Shown here piece by piece: positions 51,506-58,681 of a DNA stretch of 64,000 bases (the first letter of the stretch is position 1; every line of letters starts with the position of its first letter). The notes below the pieces were generated by a model, which did not search any database, had not been told where the DNA came from, and saw nothing but the letters and a program-made list of their open reading frames with translations. Origin of the DNA: Deltaproteobacteria bacterium (lineage in GTDB: Bacteria; JAGRBM01; JAHCIT01); assembly GCA_026129095.1 (NCBI GenBank), contig JAHCIT010000002.1, positions 124,001 to 188,000 on the forward strand, read 5' to 3'. A program made the translations under genes and the position numbers.

Positions 51506-51741
51506 TGCCAGTGTCCCGGCATGTCGTCGATATCTCGGATTTCGTGGAAGGCATGGTCAAGGCCGACACGTTCCCGTCTGCCCTGGACCGCCATGAATGG
51601 GCGAAATACCAGGACGCGGAAGTTTACCTCAAAGGCTGCGCCCCGACCTGGGCCTTCATGATGGCAGAAAAGCGGCTGGCCACCATCGCACGCAAGGTCT
51701 ATTTCGGCGACCCTTCCGACTCCCCCGTTGAAATCCGCTGA
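51505..51741 (+). CDS. Small DUF2480-like protein
   Basis: HEWAKYQDAEVYLKGCAPTWAFM...ARKVYFG; TGATG coupling to iscA-like gene. Confidence 0.65.
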   Translation: MPVSRHVVDISDFVEGMVKADTFPSALDRHEWAKYQDAEVYLKGCAPTWAFMMAEKRLATIARKVYFGDPSDSPVEIR

Positions 51742-51816
51742 CGCAGCGGGTTCGAACCGGACATCGTCATCCCCTCATGGCAGGCGGCTCTCCCAGCCGA
51801 AAGTTTATTTTTTTGC

Positions 51817-51845
51817 TTGACACACCCCACTTATATGAGTAGAAC
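51817..51845 (+). promoter_or_regulatory. Putative sigma70 promoter for HU leader
   Basis: TTGACA-17 nt-TAGAAC preceded by AT-rich tract. Confidence 0.55.
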
Positions 51846-51965
51846 TTGAGCCATACATATATGGCACCATATGTTGGGTGACGGTTGGTCACCGGTTTCT
51901 GGGCCAGCAACAAGGAGCGGACAGGGCCTCTAGGTTAAGAGGACTATCCGGGCGCCGAGCCGAAA

Positions 51966-52050
51966 GTTTCAAAATTCAATGCCGGTGTGGTGACCCGAAC
52001 CTTCTTCTCCAAGTTCCCACCCATTACCACCACTCGCCACACCGGCATTG
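51966..52050 (+). ncRNA. Structured RNA element upstream of HU (candidate)
   Basis: 17-bp stem 51977-51993/52034-52050 with G-U on plus strand, C-rich loop. Confidence 0.45.
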
Positions 52051-52108
52051 CCTAAACCCAAAACGCTCCCTTCAGGAGAAGGGACCAGACGAAGGAAAGA
52101 GAGACCCC

Positions 52109-52381
52109 ATGACGAAAGCAGAACTGGTAAGCAAAGTGGCCGACAAGGCCGACGGCGTGTCAAAGAAGACCGTTGAGGATCTGATTGATGCGACGTTCGA
52201 TGCCATCGCCGCCACGATCAAGAAGGAAAAGCGGTTTGCCGTGCCGGGCTTCGGCACCTTCACCGTGCGTAACCGCGCCGCCCGCAAGGGACGCAACCCG
52301 CAAACCGGCCAAGTGATCAACATCAAGGCCTCGAAGACCGTGGGCTTCAAGCCGGCACCGGGTCTCAAGGGCAAGCTCTAA
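52109..52381 (+). CDS. hup: DNA-binding protein HU
   Basis: MTKAELVSKVA...GFGTF..RAARKGRNPQTG..I.ASKTVGFKP. Confidence 0.97.
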   Translation: MTKAELVSKVADKADGVSKKTVEDLIDATFDAIAATIKKEKRFAVPGFGTFTVRNRAARKGRNPQTGQVINIKASKTVGFKPAPGLKGKL

Positions 52382-52386
52382 TACAG

Positions 52387-52459
52387 GTTTGAAAATTGTC
52401 CGGGGGCGTCTGGATGTTAAACCCATAGCCCTCACCTACTTTTCGGGCGTCCCCGGACA
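52387..52459 (+). ncRNA. Structured RNA element downstream of HU (candidate)
   Basis: Stem TGTCCGGGGGCGTCT / GGGCGTCCCCGGACA with G-U on plus strand, C-rich loop. Confidence 0.45.
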
Positions 52460-52474
52460 TTTACATTATACCAG

Positions 52475-52510
52475 CCGCCGCCTCCCTCCGGGAAGCGGCG
52501 GTTTCCTTTT
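52475..52510 (+). terminator. Intrinsic terminator after HU
   Basis: CCGCCGCCTCCC-tcc-GGGAAGCGGCGG then TTTCCTTTT. Confidence 0.75.
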
Positions 52511-52529
52511 GCCCGGTACCCGGCCGGGC

Positions 52530-52584
52530 TGTCATATCACTTGATTGACACGCGTGTCAGTCAGATGATATGACACGCGTGTCA
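52530..52584. promoter_or_regulatory. Tandem palindromic operator upstream of MpaB-like oxygenase
   Basis: Two perfect TGACACGCGTGTCA palindromes (52546-52559, 52571-52584), the first overlapping TTGACA. Confidence 0.75.
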
Positions 52585-52634
52585 GTGACCCGCTCCCAAG
52601 AGGGCATTGAACACCCGCCGAAAGGCTGCCCGCC

Positions 52635-53612
52635 ATGCATGTAACGCGTGAACAGCTCGAAACCTTCCTCGACAGGGTTCGGAGCCAGACGAAAGACCCC
52701 AAAGCGGGGCTGTTCGGACCTGGCTCCATGATGTGGATGATTGGCCGGGAAATGATCGGCGGCCTGGGGGGCGGGCGGGCGCTCCTCCTTCAGACAGCCC
52801 ACCCGTTCGTGGCCCACGCGGTCGAACAGCATTCCAGAGTCCGCGAGGATCCCCACGGGCGGGGCGAGCGGACCTTCAAGAACGTGCTGGCCATGAACTT
52901 CGGCGACCTGGAAGCCGCCCTGCGGGCCGCCCGGCGGGTTCATGCCGTCCACGAGCGCATTCACGGAAAGATCACCGAGCGCATCGGCGCATACGATCTG
53001 GGGACGCCCTATGACGCCAACGATGACGATGCGCTCCTCTGGGTCCATGCAACCCTGTGGGACACCAGCGTCCAGATGTATGAGCTGATCGTCCGGCCCC
53101 TCTCTTCCGAAGAGAAGGAAAAATACTACCAGGAGACCAAGCTGTTCGCGTATCTCTTTGGTGTCCCCGACCGCATCATTCCGCCCAACTGGAACGAGTT
53201 CATGGACTACAACCGGAAGATGTGGGAGTCGGACATCCTCACCGTCGGGAAACCTTCGGCCGAGATCGCCCATTTCGTCCTGCAGCCGCCCAAGCCGGAG
53301 CTCCAGCCGGTCATGGACTGGTTCAAGATCATCACCGCCGGACTCATGCCCAGGCGCATCCGGCACGAATACCGCTTTCCGTACGGGGCGGCCGAGAAGG
53401 CCGTTTTTGAAGCCAGTATCCGTGCCCTGCGCGCCGCTTATCCCCGCCTCCACCGGCGCCTGCGGTTTTCGCCCGCCTACATCAAGGCGCGCGAGCGGAT
53501 GGGCATGGCTTATCCCACCGGACCCGTCGATTCGTGGCTCGGCCGGTTCATGGACCGGCAGATGGGGCAGCCCGGCCTCACGGTACCGGCCGCCGCCCGG
53601 TCAGCGGCCTGA
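52635..53612 (+). CDS. Oxygenase MpaB/DUF2236 family protein
   Basis: GLFGPGS, GGRALLLQTAHPFVA..V.QHS, YDAND..ALLWVHATL. Confidence 0.9.
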   Translation: MHVTREQLETFLDRVRSQTKDPKAGLFGPGSMMWMIGREMIGGLGGGRALLLQTAHPFVAHAVEQHSRVREDPHGRGERTFKNVLAMNFGDLEAALRAARRVHAVHERIHGKITERIGAYDLGTPYDANDDDALLWVHATLWDTSVQMYELIVRPLSSEEKEKYYQETKLFAYLFGVPDRIIPPNWNEFMDYNRKMWESDILTVGKPSAEIAHFVLQPPKPELQPVMDWFKIITAGLMPRRIRHEYRFPYGAAEKAVFEASIRALRAAYPRLHRRLRFSPAYIKARERMGMAYPTGPVDSWLGRFMDRQMGQPGLTVPAAARSAA

Positions 53613-55652
53613 CCCCCGGCGCACCGAACTCCGGCAGCGGCGTTCGCCCGGTTGCGGCAGCGGACAGTCGAGAAAGTTTTCCCTGCCCTCTGCCGTCACG
53701 AACCGCACCCGGATGGGAGCCGGGGCATAGGCCCCCAGTATCCAGGATTCGCGGCCGAGCAGCGCGGATATCTCCCGTTCGGCAGGGCTCCGGGGCCGGT
53801 AGGCCAGTGTGAGCGCACCCGACTCCCGGTACAGTTCCAGATGGTCACCGCCCTCGCGCAGCAGTTCATCACCAGAATAAACCTTTTCCAGAATGGCGAT
53901 CTCGGTATCGAGGAGCGAGGGCTCCGGCCGGAAGATAAAACCCATTTTCCCCTCGTCATCCAGAAACACGCTAACCCCTTCAGGCGGGGGCTGGTCCGTA
54001 AACTCCCTCACTGGCGGTTCTGCCACCCGGTCCGCATCCACGAACTCATCTGCCGGGTAGCCAGATGGATCACCCGCGGATTCTGCCTCTTCCGTTCCTT
54101 CTCCAGATACAGCCTCCTCCCCCTCCAATGGCTTCGCAACCGGCACGCCTGTCAGGTGCTTCGCCTCCATCCAGCGGAAGCTCGGCGTTCCATCCGATGG
54201 CCAGACCTCGGCGGGGTACACATCCACCGGCAGCACCCGCCGGTAAGTAACAGGCGTCAGGTCAATTCCCTGCGGCGGCGACCCGGCCAGAAAGCCATCC
54301 AGCCGGAACAGGCCCAGCACTTCCGGGCGGTCGATCCGGAACCACCGGAGATTCGGCGCGATCTGCCGGTCAAAGCCCCGTGGCACCCAGAGGTTCGTGC
54401 CGACAGCAACGGTCCGGTCCGCCGGAAACCGGCGGGAGAACTCCCTCAGTTCGCCGGCGGCCTGACGGTAGTAGTCGAGCCGGGGCTGGTAGAACTGGCG
54501 GTCGGCTGCGAGCTGGCCGCTGATACCCCAGATGGCGGCGCCGCAGAACAGCACGGCGAGGCCGCCCGCCAGCACTGGCTGCCGGAGCCGGGCCAGACGC
54601 ACCGCCGAGGCAAAACCAAGCGCAGTCACCAGCGGCAGGTTGAGATAGTCGTGCAGCGGCAGCGAGCCGAAAAAATAGAGGCCCGTCTGTATCCCAGCCA
54701 CCGCTGCCAGCAGGCGGCAGGCAGTGCGGATACCAGCAGGGCGCGGATCCTCAGGCTGGAAAAGAAGCTCCCACAGGCCGATCACCAGCACCGGCAGCAT
54801 CATCATCCGCCGCCAGTCGCCCGCCACCGCCGCCACACGGTCCCAGAGCGCGCCGCCGTCCCAGAACCCCGACACCGAATGGAACAGGAACTGCCCGGCG
54901 AACCTGACCAGACCGAACAGGGGGCCGCCTCCGGCGGAAATATAGAAGGCAAGGAGAAGCAGGATCCCGGCGGCGTTCAGCGACAGAACGCCGGCCGCAA
55001 GGCGCCCGGCCCCCGGCGGGCGGTCACGATCAATGAGGAGATGGATCACGCAGACCAGTGTCGCGGCAAAACACAGCCAGCCGGTCAGGAGTCCGAGCAG
55101 CGACAGGGCGCCAAAGGTCATGCCGCCCAGGGGCACGATCGCGCTCCGGTAGCGGAGGTAGGCCCAGATGATCGCCGCCTGCCCGGCCACGACCGGCGCG
55201 GCAACGAGATCGCCCGCACGGCTGGCGAGCACCATGCCAGGCAGCAGGGCCAGCAGGAAGACGGAAAACAGGCTCACTCCGGGCAGGTCGTCGTCAGCCC
55301 GGCGGGCGATCAGCCAGAGCAGGATGACCAGCGCCATCGAAGCGGCCAGTTCCGGCATCCGGGCCGCCCAGTAGTTCTCTCCGAAAACGGTCATCGAGGC
55401 CGCGATCGCCAGCGGGTAGAGCGGCGGGTGATTCGTGTAGTAGCCCGGCTCCGAAAGCCGGCGTTCCACCGGCTGCATCAGCCAGCCGCCGGTAAAGGGC
55501 CCCTCCGCGAGATACTGCTCCGCGACGCGGACATAGACATTGTCACGCCAGAGCCCCAGTTCTTTCCGCCAGTCGGCCTGCGACACCCACAAGCGCGGCA
55601 CGATCACGGCGGCAGCGACCGGCAGCCAGAGGAAAATGGCCCTACTCCGCAT
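53601..55652 (-). CDS. GT-C (ArnT/PMT-like, family 39-like) glycosyltransferase with extracytoplasmic C-terminal domain
   Basis: DNVY, YYTNHPPLYP, FGENYWAARMP, about 11 TMs; ATG 55652 overlaps upstream stop. Confidence 0.78.
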   Translation of the reverse strand: MRSRAIFLWLPVAAAVIVPRLWVSQADWRKELGLWRDNVYVRVAEQYLAEGPFTGGWLMQPVERRLSEPGYYTNHPPLYPLAIAASMTVFGENYWAARMPELAASMALVILLWLIARRADDDLPGVSLFSVFLLALLPGMVLASRAGDLVAAPVVAGQAAIIWAYLRYRSAIVPLGGMTFGALSLLGLLTGWLCFAATLVCVIHLLIDRDRPPGAGRLAAGVLSLNAAGILLLLAFYISAGGGPLFGLVRFAGQFLFHSVSGFWDGGALWDRVAAVAGDWRRMMMLPVLVIGLWELLFQPEDPRPAGIRTACRLLAAVAGIQTGLYFFGSLPLHDYLNLPLVTALGFASAVRLARLRQPVLAGGLAVLFCGAAIWGISGQLAADRQFYQPRLDYYRQAAGELREFSRRFPADRTVAVGTNLWVPRGFDRQIAPNLRWFRIDRPEVLGLFRLDGFLAGSPPQGIDLTPVTYRRVLPVDVYPAEVWPSDGTPSFRWMEAKHLTGVPVAKPLEGEEAVSGEGTEEAESAGDPSGYPADEFVDADRVAEPPVREFTDQPPPEGVSVFLDDEGKMGFIFRPEPSLLDTEIAILEKVYSGDELLREGGDHLELYRESGALTLAYRPRSPAEREISALLGRESWILGAYAPAPIRVRFVTAEGRENFLDCPLPQPGERRCRSSVRRGSGR

Positions 55653-56478
55653 CCAGCTCCTCGTAATGACAGTTCTGGACCTCGCCGGACGGCATGGGAC
55701 ACTGGAACATGCCCCGGCGGTTGTCCATCCAGACGGCATGACCGGTAACGGGAACCTTCGCACCGGAACCCAGCAAAAACGGGTAGATTTTGACCACCGG
55801 ATACAGGGCCCGGAACAGGAGCGACGGCCGCGTATACCGTAGCACCAGCAGGTCGCCGTGGGTGACGATCTCAAGCCCCTCGCGCCAGTTCCGGATCAGT
55901 TCATGCCCCCGGTATTCCCGGCCAGCGATGGAAAACACGGACTCTGAAAGGGATATCCACGGCCGGAAGCCAAGTTCCAGCCCTCCCTTGTCGTCAATCA
56001 CGATCCGCCGGGGAGCCGTCGCCATCGTGGCATGAAAGAGCGTCTGCTCGTTCCGGAACCTGAGATCAGTCCACCTAACACGCTCGTCGGGCCTGAGCGG
56101 ACTGCTCCCAAGCCGGATCAGCATCTTTCCGGGGTTCTCCCGCGGCTGGTGCGAAGGGGTCGGATCCTCGTCCTCCGGCATGTTCACGGCGAGGTAGGCG
56201 TCCAGCCGGTAAAACGGGAGTAGCCGCTCCTCGCCCACATGCACCAGCGTGAGGCGCGGCGATATCTCCGCCGCGAACCCGCGCGGCAGCCAGAGGTTCG
56301 TCGCCACCGTCAGCTTGCGGTCCGGAGGAAACGGCTCGATCTGTTTCCGGAGCTCGGCCTCGAACTCCCGTCGCCAGGGACTGCCCGCGCCATGCCCCTC
56401 GCCACGCCCGTCACAGGCGGCAAGCAGCGAAATTGCCACCAGTGCCAGAAGCGTCTTCCAGTTCTTGTGCAGGCTCAC
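55642..56478 (-). CDS. Lipoprotein paralogous to the C-terminal domain of the downstream GT-C
   Basis: LLALVAISLLAAC lipobox; shared TNLW.PRGF, RLD..LA, DD.G...FRP, CP.P...C motifs; probable GTG 56478. Confidence 0.75.
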   Translation of the reverse strand: MSLHKNWKTLLALVAISLLAACDGRGEGHGAGSPWRREFEAELRKQIEPFPPDRKLTVATNLWLPRGFAAEISPRLTLVHVGEERLLPFYRLDAYLAVNMPEDEDPTPSHQPRENPGKMLIRLGSSPLRPDERVRWTDLRFRNEQTLFHATMATAPRRIVIDDKGGLELGFRPWISLSESVFSIAGREYRGHELIRNWREGLEIVTHGDLLVLRYTRPSLLFRALYPVVKIYPFLLGSGAKVPVTGHAVWMDNRRGMFQCPMPSGEVQNCHYEELDAE

Positions 56479-56479
56479 G

Positions 56480-56719
56480 TCAGGTCCGGTCAATTTCGTC
56501 GGGGGTGACGGAAACAAAGCGGCGGTAAGTGCCGATCAGGCTCTGCTCGCAGTCTAGTGCGACGAGAAACCAGTCGCCCTTGAACGGGCCTGTCACGATA
56601 ATTCCGGCAGCCCCTTCGCGGCCGTCCACCTGGAAGGGCCAGGCGCGGCTGGCATTATCGTGCTTCAGGCGGCTGATACGGACACGGGTGCCTTTTCTCA
56701 GTTCCGCTGCTACAGCCAT
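56480..56719 (-). CDS. Small hypothetical protein (possible SH3/KOW-like beta barrel)
   Basis: LRKGTRVRI...GIIVTGP...FLVALD; stop abuts next start; start 56719 or 56764. Confidence 0.5.
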   Translation of the reverse strand: MAVAAELRKGTRVRISRLKHDNASRAWPFQVDGREGAAGIIVTGPFKGDWFLVALDCEQSLIGTYRRFVSVTPDEIDRT

Positions 56720-56842
56720 CGGCGCTGGTACCTGCCTTGCCTGGATTCGGCCTAACCCTGCCACCAGGCGGACGGCTGTTTCAACTGCCGGGGATGTCCG
56801 GTTCGCCTCCGGTCCCGCCGTCGGCTACTGAACAGCTCCCCC

Positions 56843-58042
56843 ATGCCCCAGCGGAAACAGCTATTCATCATTTTTACCACGGTGTTCGTGGACCTGATCG
56901 GCTTCGGGATCGTGATCCCGCTGATCGGCCTGTACGGAAAGCACTATGGTGCCAGCGGGGCCGTTCTCGGGGCGCTCGCCGCCGCCTACTCCCTGTTCCA
57001 GTTCATATTCGCGCCAGTCTGGGGGCGCCTGTCGGACCGTTTCGGGCGGAGGCCGATCCTGCTGGTCACGCTGGCCGGTCAGGCCGTGTCGTATCTCCTG
57101 TTTGGACTGGCCGGGAACCTCGAACTGCTGTTCATCAGCCGCTGCCTCGCCGGACTGTTCGCCGGCAACATCGGCACGGCGATGGCCTACATCGCCGACA
57201 TCACGACCAGGGAAGACCGTGCCCGCGGCATGGCGGTCGTGGGAGCATCCTTCGGTATCGGCTTCACGCTGGGGCCGCCGCTCGGCGGGATTGCGGCGGC
57301 GAAGCTGGGGCTTTCGGCCCCCGGTCTTATCGCCGCCGGGCTGTGCGCGATGAACTTCCTGGCGGCGGTCGTCCGGCTTCCCGAGTCACTCCCGAAGGAA
57401 CTCCGCCGCAAGTCCGCCGGGCAGTCCCTTTCGCCGGTGGATTTCGGCACCCTGACGGCCGTCTGGAAGCATGACGAACTCAGGCTGCTGGTGTTCACTT
57501 TCGCGGTGGCAAGCTTCTGCTTCTCAAACATGGAGCAGCCGATGCCGCTGCTGATCCAGCGGCAGCTCGGCATCCCGGTGGAGGAGGCCGGCTACCGGGC
57601 CGGGATGGTTCTCATGGCGGTCGGCCTGATGAGCGCGCTCACGCAGGGGGTGTTTGTCCGCCGCTATGGCCAGCGGTTCGGCGAGCGCCGCCTCATGCTG
57701 ATCGGGCTTTCGGGATACGTCCTGCCGGTGGCACTCTGGCCACTCGTTTCCTCATACCCCTTCTATTTCCTGACGGGAATGATGATCGGAACGGCCAACG
57801 GGCTCGCAAACCCGAACATGATGGGACTGATTTCCCGCAACACCGCCGCCCACGAGCAGGGAGCCGTGCTCGGCCTGACGCAGGGACTGGGAAGTTTCGG
57901 CCGCGTTCTGGGCCCGATGTTCGGCCTGGTGGCCTTCGAGACGAACTACCGGATCCCGTTTTTCACGGCGGCCGCACTCTGGACGGTGCTGGCCCTGCTC
58001 AACCGCCGGCCGGGTCCGCCGCCGGAAACAGTCCGTCAGTGA
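56843..58042 (+). CDS. MFS transporter (TetA/DHA1-like)
   Basis: DLIGFGIVIP, GRLSDRFGRRP, GFTLGPPLGG, LPESL. Confidence 0.95.
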   Translation: MPQRKQLFIIFTTVFVDLIGFGIVIPLIGLYGKHYGASGAVLGALAAAYSLFQFIFAPVWGRLSDRFGRRPILLVTLAGQAVSYLLFGLAGNLELLFISRCLAGLFAGNIGTAMAYIADITTREDRARGMAVVGASFGIGFTLGPPLGGIAAAKLGLSAPGLIAAGLCAMNFLAAVVRLPESLPKELRRKSAGQSLSPVDFGTLTAVWKHDELRLLVFTFAVASFCFSNMEQPMPLLIQRQLGIPVEEAGYRAGMVLMAVGLMSALTQGVFVRRYGQRFGERRLMLIGLSGYVLPVALWPLVSSYPFYFLTGMMIGTANGLANPNMMGLISRNTAAHEQGAVLGLTQGLGSFGRVLGPMFGLVAFETNYRIPFFTAAALWTVLALLNRRPGPPPETVRQ

Positions 58043-58457
58043 TCAGCCAGTCGCCTGCCTTGTAGTCCCACAAGAGGTCCAGGTACATGCGCTTGACCAC
58101 GATGGAGTTCCGCGCCGTGTAGTCCATCGCGATCCGGGTGCTGGCCCGCTTGGTGTTTTCCTTGCCCTTTTCATCCCGAACCCACGACCACTTTTCGAGA
58201 TCGATCTGCGTTACCTTGATGTTCCGGGCCCGGAGATCCTCGACAAACTTCTGCCGGATCGACGGATGCACATAGAGCGACGCTCCCCGGCCCTCGTCGG
58301 CATGTGAATGCAGGTAGCCGCCCATGAACTCCCGCACGGCTGACTGGAGCATGTCCGACCGCTCGATGGTGGGGTCGATCATCCGCATGAGCGGCGCGCA
58401 ACCGGCCGCCAGCAGAAAGGCCGCCGGGAGGACCGACAGGCAGAGCGCGCGGTTCAC
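57999..58457 (-). CDS. Hypothetical lipoprotein
   Basis: FLLAAGC lipobox; C-terminal W...GDWLI strand; GTGA overlap with upstream small ORF. Confidence 0.7.
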   Translation of the reverse strand: MNRALCLSVLPAAFLLAAGCAPLMRMIDPTIERSDMLQSAVREFMGGYLHSHADEGRGASLYVHPSIRQKFVEDLRARNIKVTQIDLEKWSWVRDEKGKENTKRASTRIAMDYTARNSIVVKRMYLDLLWDYKAGDWLITDGLFPAADPAGG

Positions 58458-58612
58458 GCGCCCACCTGGGCCGCATCGCCCGCGGGCCTAGCGGCCTGCG
58501 GTGCACTGGCCAGCCACCTCGCGGCACCGGCAAGAACCGCGGCGCCGCCCGCGCTGATCAGCACGAAAAATGCCAGAAATATGATGAAGGTCGTCAGCAG
58601 CAGTCCGAACAT
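58454..58612 (-). CDS. Small single-TM hypothetical protein
   Basis: AAGGA RBS; MFGLLLTTFIIFLAFFVLI; coupled to downstream lipoprotein. Confidence 0.55.
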   Translation of the reverse strand: MFGLLLTTFIIFLAFFVLISAGGAAVLAGAARWLASAPQAARPAGDAAQVGA

Positions 58613-58681
58613 CGGATCAGGTTCCTTTATTCTCCGGCGCCCCGGCACCCGGTCAATTTTTCCGCCCCGCCCGCCTTTGGG

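Noticed and set aside
51748-51760. GGGTTCGAACC resembling a tRNA T-arm
   Set aside because: No acceptor, D or anticodon arms; upstream sequence is coding.
53652-55748. 698-aa plus-strand ORF
   Set aside because: Antisense shadow of the GT-C gene; no motifs; long antisense frames are expected with high-GC codon bias.
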